Of a stretch of DNA of 64,000 nt, positions 45,911 to 56,488 are shown piece after piece. The DNA is from Nitrosopumilus sp. (GTDB lineage: Archaea; Thermoproteota; Nitrososphaeria; Nitrososphaerales; Nitrosopumilaceae). Position 1 is the first letter of the stretch. Each line of letters begins with the position of its first letter. A model generated the notes under the pieces. It made no database searches. It saw only the letters and a list, made by a program, of their open reading frames with translations, and was not told where the DNA came from. The position numbers and the translations under genes were made by a program. The stretch is taken from NCBI GenBank assembly GCA_965249555.1, contig OZ252243.1, forward strand, positions 96,001 through 160,000. Reading direction: 5' to 3'.

Positions 45911-47566
45911 TTACTCAGACGGCCCTAGCTGTTTTTTGTATTTTGTAATATCGGATTCTTCAACTTTTACAAACAAAGGAGACGCATCACCTAATACATG
46001 ACCAGAAGAAATGCCTAAAACAGAAATATCATTCCAAGAAAATTCATTGACATTCCCATCAAGACCTAATTGGTTCCAAATTTTTTGAGCAGATTTTGGA
46101 AGAAATGGGAAAAGTACAATTGCCAGGCTTCGAACAGCATTAACTGAAAGATATACACAATTTGTAGTTCCAGGACCATTGTTCCAAGGTTCTTTGTGTT
46201 GGAAATATTGGTTAAAGAAGGACGAAAATTCCATTACTTTCTTCAAAGCCCTGTCAAGATGATTCTGTTCCATAAGTGAGCCTACATCAGTTGCGAGTGT
46301 TTTGATTTTTTGTTCTGCATCAGAGTCTTTCTCATCAAAGGATTCTATTTCAGGAATTTTTCCATCAAATGCTTTTTTAGTAAATCCTAAAGCACGATTA
46401 ACAAAGTTGCCAAGATTTGCAATCAATTCAGAATTGATTCTAGTGGTAAAATCATTCCAATCAAAATTCAAATCATCCTGAGAATACGGATTAATAGATA
46501 CAAGATAATATCTAAGATAATCTGCAGGATAGTATTCTAAGAATTCTTTTAGGCCAATGTACCAATTTCGGCTTTTAGAAATTTTCTTTGCCTGAAGTGT
46601 TAGATGGCCACGAGTTGGAATGTAATCAGGTAATTTGTACTCACTATTTATCCCCAATCTCATTGCAGGCAAGAAAAGAAAATGATGATACACGATATCC
46701 TTTCCAATAAAATGATAAATGTCAGCAGAATTCCAAAATTCTTTTCCATCAATTCCTTTATCGTTTAGAAATTTTATTGCAGTTGAAATGTATGCCAAAT
46801 GGTTATCAAACCACCCATAGAAGACTTTGTCCTTGGAATCATCAAGCGGTACTGGGACACCCCAAGAGATGTCTCGAGTGATATCCCAATCAATTAAACC
46901 AGATTTAATCCAGTTTTGAACATATTTTTTGACATCTTTTTGGAGATGTTCATTTTCATCTAGCCATTTAGACAAAGAGTCACTAAAATTTGTGAGTCTG
47001 AAAAAATAATGGTTTGTTTTTTCTTTAGTTGGAGGTTGACCGCAAAGAGAACATTTTGGATTACTAATTTCATCAGGAACACGACCGCAACTTTCACAAA
47101 GATCAGAGTATTGATCTTCGGCATTACAATAAGGACATGTACCTTTGACGTATCTGTCAGGTAAGAATTTCTTATCATTATTACAATAAAATTGAATAAT
47201 TTCTTTCTCATAGATGTGTCCAGCATCATTTAATTTTTTGAAGACTTGCTGAACAAATTCTATATTTTCAGCAGAGCTAGTCTTGTAAAAATAATCAAAT
47301 TCAATGTCAAATGCAGTAAAATCGTCATAGTCACGCTTATTCCAATGAGCAACATATTCAGCAGGAGTCTTGCCCTCTTTTTCTGATTGAATTAAGATAG
47401 GAGTTCCAAAATCATCAGATGCACAAACATAGTAAACCTCGACACCATTTAGTTTTAAAAATCTGGTAGTAACATCTGCAGGAAGATATGTTGATGCAAC
47501 ATGTCCCAAATGAATCTCTCCATTTGCATAAGGTAAGGCACTTGTAATGATGGCTCTTTTGTTCAT
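45911..47566 (-). CDS. metG: Methionine-tRNA ligase
   Basis: ALPYANGEIHLGH, zinc knuckles, GKDI, KISKS. Confidence 0.97.
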   Translation of the reverse strand: MNKRAIITSALPYANGEIHLGHVASTYLPADVTTRFLKLNGVEVYYVCASDDFGTPILIQSEKEGKTPAEYVAHWNKRDYDDFTAFDIEFDYFYKTSSAENIEFVQQVFKKLNDAGHIYEKEIIQFYCNNDKKFLPDRYVKGTCPYCNAEDQYSDLCESCGRVPDEISNPKCSLCGQPPTKEKTNHYFFRLTNFSDSLSKWLDENEHLQKDVKKYVQNWIKSGLIDWDITRDISWGVPVPLDDSKDKVFYGWFDNHLAYISTAIKFLNDKGIDGKEFWNSADIYHFIGKDIVYHHFLFLPAMRLGINSEYKLPDYIPTRGHLTLQAKKISKSRNWYIGLKEFLEYYPADYLRYYLVSINPYSQDDLNFDWNDFTTRINSELIANLGNFVNRALGFTKKAFDGKIPEIESFDEKDSDAEQKIKTLATDVGSLMEQNHLDRALKKVMEFSSFFNQYFQHKEPWNNGPGTTNCVYLSVNAVRSLAIVLFPFLPKSAQKIWNQLGLDGNVNEFSWNDISVLGISSGHVLGDASPLFVKVEESDITKYKKQLGPSE

Positions 47567-47792
47567 TAATAATGCTCAAGAGCAGTATTGAGGTTAAGAA
47601 GTTTTAGATGAAATTAATACCCAAGTTAAATTAATTTTTTATAAATAATTTAGGATTTTAGTTAACTTGACTGTTCATACAGTTTGTGGAGTTTTAGACA
47701 AAATTAACACTCAGGTCAAATCCCTATGAGAGAATTAAACAAAATCAAAATTCACTAAAATTCCTAGCTTTGAGATATGTTTTGCGTGTAAA

Positions 47793-48785
47793 TTAATTGG
47801 TTTTGAGAGGATTTTCAAATATTGGGTTTACAGGATAACTGAACAGATATGTTCGTCCCTTACCTTGAGAAGCTGGAAAGGTTTTATCACCTTCTGGCAA
47901 TTTTTGTTTCCATTGATAAGGTTTGGGATATAAAATTTGAACTTCTGGATGACGTAAGGCAAATTCAGAAAATGCAAGACATTGAATTTTTGGTCCTCCA
48001 TTAACTAAACAGATATCATATTCATTGTTATATCTCTCATAAATCTGTTCTAAATTAGCTAATGTCTCTTTAGGCCTCAATGTTGGAACTCTGAAAAAAT
48101 CAGATTTCTCTATCAGATCATAGCATTGACGAATTGTAATTCCGTTCCATTGTTCTCTTTGTTCATCATCAGAATATTCTGCTATTGTAATCAATTTATC
48201 AGGTTCCCATTCTTCAACAACAGATCCTATACGTCTTGATTCCCATCCTAAAAATAAAATCATCAAAATCTTTTTTGATTGGTCAGGAATTCCAGGATTT
48301 GTAGGCATTATTATAATGTCTTCTAGTCCTTGAGCAAAATTCATTGTATAAGCAGCTGGTTCTGAATAAAGAATATGTGTCTTGATGTTATTTTGGACAC
48401 AAACATTCAAAATTGAATAAAGGAACAATCGGGTAAAGGAGGTAGTATCTATAAGTATACTTTTGGCATCTTGTAAATGACTTTCTAACAATTGATCAAA
48501 AAGAAAATGATCTGTTGGTCTGTGTTCAAAAACTGATTGGTTATCACAAATTTTAGATATAATATTTTGAATTTTTTCCAGATTCTGTTTATTGCTTTCA
48601 TAAAGTTCAGGTTCAGAGGGTCGGAAAAGATTGATTATAGTTTTTTTGAATTTGGTAACATCACTAATTTTTTCAATTCCAGCTAAACTTCTATCTTCAA
48701 ATCCCGCTGAGCATATGAATAAATCATAAGAATCAAGCAGACTTAGATTTGGTTCCTTAGAGATTATACCTTGATTCAGACTCAT
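47793..48785 (-). CDS. Tandem Rossmann-like (CARF-like) domain protein, partner of the ATPase-SIR2 gene
   Basis: ICSAGFEDRS, ILIDTTSF, LYSEPAAY, LFLGWESRR, LVNGGPK; ATGA overlap with the upstream gene. Confidence 0.6.
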   Translation of the reverse strand: MSLNQGIISKEPNLSLLDSYDLFICSAGFEDRSLAGIEKISDVTKFKKTIINLFRPSEPELYESNKQNLEKIQNIISKICDNQSVFEHRPTDHFLFDQLLESHLQDAKSILIDTTSFTRLFLYSILNVCVQNNIKTHILYSEPAAYTMNFAQGLEDIIIMPTNPGIPDQSKKILMILFLGWESRRIGSVVEEWEPDKLITIAEYSDDEQREQWNGITIRQCYDLIEKSDFFRVPTLRPKETLANLEQIYERYNNEYDICLVNGGPKIQCLAFSEFALRHPEVQILYPKPYQWKQKLPEGDKTFPASQGKGRTYLFSYPVNPIFENPLKTN

Positions 48786-51088
48786 TTTTCCATTACTCCC
48801 ATGTGTATGGCATCAATTAGTGTTTCCCCCTTTATCGATAATGGTATAATTCCTTTAGCTTTTAACACACCCAATTTATCCTCTGAATCAATAATTGTTG
48901 CAGCATACGAAGTAAGAGGCAAGTCTCCTTGAATATCTTTTATTAAGTGAAATATTGTCTTGAAGTCAAGATCTTCCATACTATAACCCAAAAATAAGAA
49001 ATGCTTTCTGGCAAGACTATTTTTTAGTGAATTCACTAATAATGGTCTGGTTTTTTCCAAAGAAATAGAATCATCATTAGTAATCACAAACATATCAGGA
49101 TGATCAAAATCTCCATGCATTTTGTAAATCAAAGGTTTTCTATTTCCAGCTAAAGTGATATGATCATCTCTAACAATTTTTTCTGTACTCACAAACTTCT
49201 TTTTGAATTCATCTTCAATAGAACTATCCCAATTAGTAGTATAGATTTCATCTAAATTAAAATCTGTAAGTTTTTTATAAGATTTTGACTCTCTCGTTTT
49301 AGATTTTTCTAAAACATTTCGGATATATTTGATAAGATCTCCTCGTTCTCTTTGAACTAAAACTCTTTCAGATATTGTTGGTAAATCATCTCCAACATAT
49401 TCAATGTTAAAATGATTTGCAATTTTTTGTGCCAAAACAGTTCCAGTAGGATAACCCAATTCTGTAGATAGGCCTGAACCTACAAAAATCCCTAAATCAT
49501 TATTTTTTGCATGATCAACTATTTCCTGAACAACACTCAAGTACGGATCTAAGGTTTCCAATAATTTTGTAGGTTGAATTTCACCTTCTAACATTATTTT
49601 AATTCCTGAAATTACACTTCTTCGATCAAATAATTTGTCAATGTCAGTATATGACAATTCACATACTTGATGTGTCTGTAAGGGAAGATCAAAATATGGC
49701 AATAATGCATTTGAAAGAGTAATTGATAGAAGTTTAAATCCACCACGTGAATATCTTTCTACAGCTGGAGCCATCAGATAATTTTTTTTCATTGCTAAAA
49801 AAATGAATTTTAGAGATTCATCGGATAGATTTTCTGGATCTTTAATTCCTATTTGTAGATAATTACGCTGTGTTTCTTTAAGATAATTTTTAAAAAGTAG
49901 TCCAATTTTTAAAATTATTGAGCGAAATACGTAAGGAGAAATACGAGGTATAAACTCAATTCCATCCATCAACTGACTAGCAAATTTTTTGATTGCAATA
50001 TTTTGAGTATCCATAGAAATAACACCACGTCCATTCCATTCTTTAAAAACTGCATGTAACATTTTCAGAAAAATTCTTACATTTCCAGAGGATAGTAAAA
50101 CTAAATTATCCAAACCAGAATAATTATTCTCTTGAGATGTTGGAGGTTCTGAAGGATTATAAACAAGAAATTTGTCAACATCGTATCCAAATGTTTTCAA
50201 TCTTTTATTTGCAATAATTTTAAAAAAATCTCTAACATCGTTGAATTCTGTAGAATTTGGGGTAAGATTATGAGTTCCGATGTTTATAGTGATAAAATCA
50301 CTTAGTAGATTGATGGATTTCCCAAATTCTTCTCGTTGAGTATTGAGTTCTGGTGGCAGTGTCGCAACTTTAAAAATCGGTTTTCTAACAGATACTATTT
50401 CACTAATAACTTGTTTTTGAAAAAAAGATAGTTCTTGATATTCATCTAACAATATCACAATCCATTTATTTTTAAAATCAGCAATAGATTCAGTTAAAAC
50501 TTCTTGTAATTCGGATAAAAAAGAACTAATTGTCAATATTGAATTGAAATCTTCATTAATATTTTTCGAGTGATTCCTTATTTCTTCTCTAACCATATCT
50601 TTTACTTCAAGAAATTTATTTTTATTTTCAATTTCTAAAATACTGCAAATTTCTTTGCATACTGTTTGTTCTTCGAAAGGATCTATTACAATCAATGGGT
50701 AATGTTTCATTCGTTCTAAATCTCTTAGAACAAGTTCACATGCAGTTAAATTAAATAAATGTGTAAATTTTTTTTGCCATAATTCTTCAGGGTTTCCATT
50801 TTTATCTAAAGTTTCTTTAACTGTTCCAAAATAATGTTCAGTACCACGAATGTAAATTCCTAAATTGTTTTTGTCATAGTCAATTAATGAATCAGATTTG
50901 AACCTTTCAATTTGAATTCGAGTTGATAAATATTGTAAAATCATAGATTTGCCAGACCCTCGTGGCCCCATTATGTATACTGTATCTTGTTCTGTTACAG
51001 ATTCAGATTTTTTTGAAGGTGTGAAAAAAATTTTAATTTCTTCTTCTCTTAATCTTTCAGTTGGAATAGATCTTACATCAATACCCAT
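48782..51088 (-). CDS. P-loop ATPase fused to a C-terminal SIR2-like domain
   Basis: GPRGSGKS, ILLDEYQ, SSGNVR; FVGSGLS, YTTNWD, KMHGD, FLGYSMED. Confidence 0.85.
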   Translation of the reverse strand: MGIDVRSIPTERLREEEIKIFFTPSKKSESVTEQDTVYIMGPRGSGKSMILQYLSTRIQIERFKSDSLIDYDKNNLGIYIRGTEHYFGTVKETLDKNGNPEELWQKKFTHLFNLTACELVLRDLERMKHYPLIVIDPFEEQTVCKEICSILEIENKNKFLEVKDMVREEIRNHSKNINEDFNSILTISSFLSELQEVLTESIADFKNKWIVILLDEYQELSFFQKQVISEIVSVRKPIFKVATLPPELNTQREEFGKSINLLSDFITINIGTHNLTPNSTEFNDVRDFFKIIANKRLKTFGYDVDKFLVYNPSEPPTSQENNYSGLDNLVLLSSGNVRIFLKMLHAVFKEWNGRGVISMDTQNIAIKKFASQLMDGIEFIPRISPYVFRSIILKIGLLFKNYLKETQRNYLQIGIKDPENLSDESLKFIFLAMKKNYLMAPAVERYSRGGFKLLSITLSNALLPYFDLPLQTHQVCELSYTDIDKLFDRRSVISGIKIMLEGEIQPTKLLETLDPYLSVVQEIVDHAKNNDLGIFVGSGLSTELGYPTGTVLAQKIANHFNIEYVGDDLPTISERVLVQRERGDLIKYIRNVLEKSKTRESKSYKKLTDFNLDEIYTTNWDSSIEDEFKKKFVSTEKIVRDDHITLAGNRKPLIYKMHGDFDHPDMFVITNDDSISLEKTRPLLVNSLKNSLARKHFLFLGYSMEDLDFKTIFHLIKDIQGDLPLTSYAATIIDSEDKLGVLKAKGIIPLSIKGETLIDAIHMGVMEK

Positions 51089-51444
51089 GTTAATAAAAAT
51101 AATAAGTTCTCACTATAAATGAGATCTATACATTCAACAATGGATATGAATTCAAAATTGAACATGATAGAGATTTTAACTAAAGTAAAAAGCCACTTAA
51201 GAGAATACGACATATTTATTATAGGCGATCTTGTTTTTACAAATTCACGTGTAAAAACAATTAGAAACAGATTTTGAATATCTAAAAACACCAGTCACTT
51301 AACTTGATTGATCATTCAAATTAAGAAGTTTTAGACTAACGCTGTATAATGTGTCGTTCAATGTATTTGATAGGCATTGTTTCGGAACAGCACCCGCAAG
51401 TTATCAAACGATTTTACCTTGGAAGAAATTATCTAACAATTTTA

Positions 51445-51723
51445 TCATCTACTAATATTTTCAAAATAAGAATCAGAAAAAGTAGCAGACATCATAAAGT
51501 CATTATAAAATTTATGTAAAAATGAAGGATTTGCTGAAAAATAATCATCAATTAAAATAAGATCGTTTACAGAAATTCCATCAACATCAGAAACAACGTA
51601 TTTCAATAATATTTCTACAGTTTCAGATCTACCAGATATAGAAGAATCCTTATGAAGTAATTTTTGAACAGTGGCGAGATGGTCTAAAATCCCATCAGAT
51701 AAAACACATTCACATATAGCCAC
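51445..51723 (-). CDS. Hypothetical protein
   Basis: 92-aa ORF downstream of ahcY. Confidence 0.5.
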   Translation of the reverse strand: MAICECVLSDGILDHLATVQKLLHKDSSISGRSETVEILLKYVVSDVDGISVNDLILIDDYFSANPSFLHKFYNDFMMSATFSDSYFENISR

Positions 51724-51791
51724 ACATTCATTTAAAGAAAATTAGATATAACATATGGTTAGCTGATCTGCTAAAATATTAGCTCAGATAA

Positions 51792-53033
51792 TTACCAACT
51801 ACTGGCATATTTTACCTGTTCAGCAGTAAGTTTATCGATTTTTACATTCATTGCCGCTAGAGCATCAACTGCAACTTGCATATCAATTTCTTCTGGAACA
51901 TTAATGATTTTATTTTCCATTTTTTTGTGGTTTTTAAGAATATACAAAACAGAGAGAATTTGATTTGAGAAGGATTGCGCCATTACTTCTGGAGGATGTC
52001 CTTCTGCTGCAACTAAATTTGCAAGACGGCCCTGACCAATCAGATAAACTTTTTTTCCATTTTTCAAAGTGCATTCATCAAGGTTTGGTCTTACTTCTCT
52101 AACAGATTTTGATTTCTTTAGTAAGAATGCACTATCAATTTCTACATCAAAGTGACCAACATTTCCCATAATGGCTCCATTTTTCATTTGTAAGATGTGC
52201 TCTTTTCTAATTACACCAGTCATACCAGTACATGTAACGAAGATATCGCCAATCTTTGCAGCTTGTGCCATTGGCATTACTTCAAATCCATCCATATGAG
52301 CTTCAAGAGCTTTAATTGGATCTATCTCAGTGACAATTATTTTTGAACCCATTCCATGACATCTTGATGCAACGCCACGACCAACCCAACCATATCCAAC
52401 TACTACCACGCGTTTTGATGCCAAAAGTAAATTCATGGCACGGAGATACCCATCAACAGTGCTTTGTCCTGTACCATATCGATTATCAAACATGTGTTTT
52501 GTATATGCTTCATTAACTAAAATTACAGGATATCGAAGTTGTCCCTTATTCTCTACTGCTCTAATTCGAGTAACACCTGCAGTGGTTTCTTCAGTTGCTC
52601 CAAGAATTTTCATGTTCTTGAATCTTTTATCAAAATGAGCTTTGATATTCATGTCAGCTCCATCATCAGTTAGAATGGTTGGTTTGTGTTTCAATACTTG
52701 ATCAATACACCAATCATATTCTTTGACAGATTGTCCATGCCATGCATAAACATGGATTCCTTGAGATGCCAAAAATGCAGAGATGTTATCCTGAGTAGTT
52801 AATGGATTGCCACCACAACATGCAACAGTTGCACCTAGTTCTTTGGCCCCAATTAGTAAAACTGAAGTCTCTTTTGTGATATGCAAACAAAATCCAAGGG
52901 TTATACCCTTTAGTGGTTTTGATTTTTTAAAGCGATTAATGGTATTATCTAGAATTTGCATATGAGATCTAGCCCACTCATAAGACAATTTGCCTTCTTT
53001 GATCAATTTTTGGCTAGTCTTTACTTTACTCAA
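51792..53033 (-). CDS. ahcY: Adenosylhomocysteinase
   Basis: LHITKET, EETTAG, FDNRYGTGQS, GYGWVG, GHFDVE, GRLANL..AEGHP. Confidence 0.97.
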   Translation of the reverse strand: MSKVKTSQKLIKEGKLSYEWARSHMQILDNTINRFKKSKPLKGITLGFCLHITKETSVLLIGAKELGATVACCGGNPLTTQDNISAFLASQGIHVYAWHGQSVKEYDWCIDQVLKHKPTILTDDGADMNIKAHFDKRFKNMKILGATEETTAGVTRIRAVENKGQLRYPVILVNEAYTKHMFDNRYGTGQSTVDGYLRAMNLLLASKRVVVVGYGWVGRGVASRCHGMGSKIIVTEIDPIKALEAHMDGFEVMPMAQAAKIGDIFVTCTGMTGVIRKEHILQMKNGAIMGNVGHFDVEIDSAFLLKKSKSVREVRPNLDECTLKNGKKVYLIGQGRLANLVAAEGHPPEVMAQSFSNQILSVLYILKNHKKMENKIINVPEEIDMQVAVDALAAMNVKIDKLTAEQVKYASSW

Positions 53034-53108
53034 CGATCAGATTCTTGAATTAGACTATAAAATTCTATCATACGAATGTAAATAAATGACAAGGATTCCA
53101 CAGAATTA

Positions 53109-53417
53109 TTGACTTGGAAGAAGATTGCCGAGAAGGGAGAAATTGCTACAGGAAAAGGCAAAGCTTTCAAAATTGATGGAAAACAAATTGCAATATTTAA
53201 TCAAGATGGATATCATGCATTAGATGATCTTTGTGTTCATCAAGATGGCTCAATTGCACCTGGAAAACTAGAGGGAGATATCGTAGAATGCCCATTACAC
53301 TTTTGGCATTATAACATCAAAACAGGCCAACTTAATGACTATCTAAAAGATGTCAAACTGGAAACATATTCTGTAGAGTCAAGAGACGACGGCATCTACG
53401 TAGATATCAAAGAGTAA
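53109..53417 (+). CDS. Rieske-type [2Fe-2S] ferredoxin
   Basis: CVHQ...CPLH. Confidence 0.9.
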   Translation: MTWKKIAEKGEIATGKGKAFKIDGKQIAIFNQDGYHALDDLCVHQDGSIAPGKLEGDIVECPLHFWHYNIKTGQLNDYLKDVKLETYSVESRDDGIYVDIKE

Positions 53418-53667
53418 AAAATTTCTTGATAATTTACAACAAGATAGATTCTAAATATTAAATGCAAAGTATGTGAATGTGATGGAAAATTATCCATCAG
53501 TTCAAATCTGCCAAGATTAACACATTGAATCTTTGAAGATATTCGTAAAACTAAAAAATTCTTTTAATTCACATTCAATCTATTTTTATTTTCATACATA
53601 ACCAAGTATTAGTATATATAATTTATGGTTATTTTATTATCAAAAAACCACATAACTATATAACTAA

Positions 53668-55785
53668 TTGGGATATAATGATAATAAAATGAACATAACT
53701 ACAATAAACATCATAAAACACTTGGCGAATGGGGTTTCTGATGTCCAAACTCTAATGGACATCACAAAAATCAAAGAATGGCAAATTAATTCACAATTAA
53801 AAGATCTAACTCAATTTGGTTATGTTGTAAGAGAAGGAAATACTGTAAAATTAAAAGATGAATTGAAACCTGTTACCATTAGAGAATTAACAAAAAAAAT
53901 CAACATTGAAAAAATTCTACGTGGTGCAAACGAAACAATATTTTCATATCTTACAGAACCAATATCTGTCAACGAAATAGTTTTGAAAGCTGAATTATCG
54001 CCATCTACTGTATACAGAGCTATTTCTGATTTTGAATCAGTTGGAGCAATTACTAGAACTGGGGATAAAATTAATGTTAACAGTTCTAATGAACAACTAG
54101 TACTTTTAGCAAATTCGTTAAATGCTGAACGAAAAAACTTGTATGAACCTAATGCCGAAATTTTGTTCAAAGATTCAACTAAGATTCTCAAGAGAGTACA
54201 AAAAGGTAAAATTACAGAAGGAGAACTTACTGGATTTTCTTTGTTCACTGAATATGGAATTGATTATGATATACATTATGATTATTACATTAAACAGGAA
54301 GATTCGTTAGATCTTCAACATGTTCTAATTCATGCAATATTTGATGCTCAAAGAAATATGAATAAACAAGGAATGATGATGGCCATAATATTTTATCTAG
54401 CACATAAAGAAAAGATGGATGTTCTTAATCTACGAAGAATCGCAGAAACATTTCAAATTGCACATGTATGGATAGATGTAGAAGGATACATTAGAAATAA
54501 TGAACTCAAAAATCCTGCCTTGTTCTTACCTAGAGATGAGTTTATGGAAAAAACCAATTTATATGAAATTCCAACTACTCTGTATGTTTTACCAGAAGGA
54601 TATCCTAAACTATTTGAAGACATTGGGAAAAACTTGCAAAGAAAAACCAAAGCATTTGTTATTGGTGGGGAGAATATGAGAATTAAGGGACTAAAACCAC
54701 GAACAAAAGATATAGACATTGTTGTTGAAAATGAAGAAGATTACAACTCAATTATGGATGCATTAACAAAACTTGGTTATCAGCCAAAAGGCAATGTTGA
54801 TTTTTCCACAGAAGATTTGAGACTTTATCCATCAATAATAATGGAGCATACTAATCGAAGCAGAATTGATTTGTACACTAAAAAAATTCTAAGAACTTTA
54901 TCTCTATCGTCAAAAATGATTTCTCGTGCAGATTTATCTGATTTTGGTAATTTACGCCTAGGAATACTGAAAAATGAGGATGTTTTTCTTCTTAAATCGG
55001 TTACTAGTAGAGAAGGCGATGTCCAAGATATGGCGGCATTAGTAAACATGAGTTATGCTGGAGATGGTCAATTTAGACAGACTGATTTTGATTGGAACAT
55101 TGTATGGGATGAGATAAATGAACAAGAAAAAGAATCTCATTTACAAAGCTTTAGTGAAATCATACGAGACAATATTGAATGGTTAGTACAACAAACTGGA
55201 ATAACTCCTCCAATTCGTAATAAGTTACAAAGATTTGTTTTAGATCAACAAATTAAAAAATTACTTCGAGAAGGAATGATTTCAATAAAAGAAGTAGTTG
55301 AACAATTGATCGACGAAAATAATTCTGAACAAACTATAAGAAATCGAATTAATGCATTAGTCAAAATAGATGTAGTTAAGAAAGAATCTCAAAACAATGA
55401 AATTCTAATATGTTTTTCAAATAATTTATTTTATCCTGAAAATACTTCAAAAATCACTTCTAATAATTTAGATTCATATCTTCAATGGAGATTTACAACC
55501 AGAGAAGGTCCAACTCCACTTAAGCTTGAACAAGTTGCAGACGAATTAATATCATTAGGTTATGAAACAATTGAAGAAATAGACAATATTGTAAACAAAA
55601 TGTTAAATGGATTACATGAATATGAAAAAGAATACTATCAAATAGATAAAAAACTTTCTACTAAAAGTAGGATAAAACAAGTTGGTGCTATGAGGATATG
55701 CATAGGATTATCTAATCCAAAATTTGGCAAAAATGGCACTACCAATTTCTATATAGCAAACTTTGAAAAATTCTCAAAAATTTAG
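53668..55785 (+). CDS. Multi-wHTH plus nucleotidyltransferase (DUF6036/AbiEii-like) fusion protein; start may be 53689
   Basis: LSPSTVYRAISDF HTH; IGGENM...RTKDIDI NTase signature; LLKS...REGD..D. Confidence 0.7.
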   Translation: MGYNDNKMNITTINIIKHLANGVSDVQTLMDITKIKEWQINSQLKDLTQFGYVVREGNTVKLKDELKPVTIRELTKKINIEKILRGANETIFSYLTEPISVNEIVLKAELSPSTVYRAISDFESVGAITRTGDKINVNSSNEQLVLLANSLNAERKNLYEPNAEILFKDSTKILKRVQKGKITEGELTGFSLFTEYGIDYDIHYDYYIKQEDSLDLQHVLIHAIFDAQRNMNKQGMMMAIIFYLAHKEKMDVLNLRRIAETFQIAHVWIDVEGYIRNNELKNPALFLPRDEFMEKTNLYEIPTTLYVLPEGYPKLFEDIGKNLQRKTKAFVIGGENMRIKGLKPRTKDIDIVVENEEDYNSIMDALTKLGYQPKGNVDFSTEDLRLYPSIIMEHTNRSRIDLYTKKILRTLSLSSKMISRADLSDFGNLRLGILKNEDVFLLKSVTSREGDVQDMAALVNMSYAGDGQFRQTDFDWNIVWDEINEQEKESHLQSFSEIIRDNIEWLVQQTGITPPIRNKLQRFVLDQQIKKLLREGMISIKEVVEQLIDENNSEQTIRNRINALVKIDVVKKESQNNEILICFSNNLFYPENTSKITSNNLDSYLQWRFTTREGPTPLKLEQVADELISLGYETIEEIDNIVNKMLNGLHEYEKEYYQIDKKLSTKSRIKQVGAMRICIGLSNPKFGKNGTTNFYIANFEKFSKI

Positions 55786-55829
55786 GGGAATGCAATTTAT
55801 GCATAGTGTTTACATGAAGCTAAACTGAT

Positions 55830-56246
55830 ATGAGTGTTCAAGAACGCTTAGCCAGCATAATTGCTCAAACAAAAAAAGAATATGAAAATAAAAATTATGT
55901 TGCAGTTTTAGGTTATTCAAGTGTTGGCAAGACTGTGTTACTTACCCTCATCAGTAATGCTCTAGACAAACATTTCTCAGATAGACATCCTGACATTGAT
56001 GCTAGAATTACTGCTGGTGATGTACACCTAAAGAAATGGGAAAATAATATGATTGAAGGTAAATTTCCTAAAAGAACAGAAATACTTGAACAAGAAGAAA
56101 TTATTCTCAATATGAGAGGTACTGGTGCGACTACCAGTATTCCTATAGATTTTCGTTTCCCAGATATTTCAGGAGAAGATTTTCAAACTCTTTGCATTGG
56201 GGTAGAGTCTTTGTGTTTGTCAATAAACTCTGCAGGAGAAAATTGA
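55830..56246 (+). pseudogene. Truncated P-loop GTPase-like protein
   Basis: AVLGYSSVGKT, PKRT, FPDISGE; breaks off near 56200 with no G4 region. Confidence 0.6.
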
Positions 56247-56488
56247 TATCCAACTGTATCAAATTTTGCTAATAGTATACGATATCGTTTTGTAATTTTT
56301 GTCTTACATTTGGATTTATCAAAAGGTTTTATGACTGAATATACTGCAGTTTTGGCACCCATTAGATTCTAAAAAAATACATGGTATAAAAAACACTGAA
56401 AGTACTATGCACTATGTGTGTTCAAAATGAACTTAATTAGATTCAATATTAGGCACAATTTTTATTCACATATTCTTCAAATTAGTTA

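Noticed and set aside
51073-51291. 72-aa ORF as a third gene of the SIR2 system
   Set aside because: No motif, TTG start and AT-rich; likely spurious
53495-53515. GTTCAAATC resembling a tRNA T-loop or att remnant
   Set aside because: No flanking stem or cloverleaf and no second copy seen
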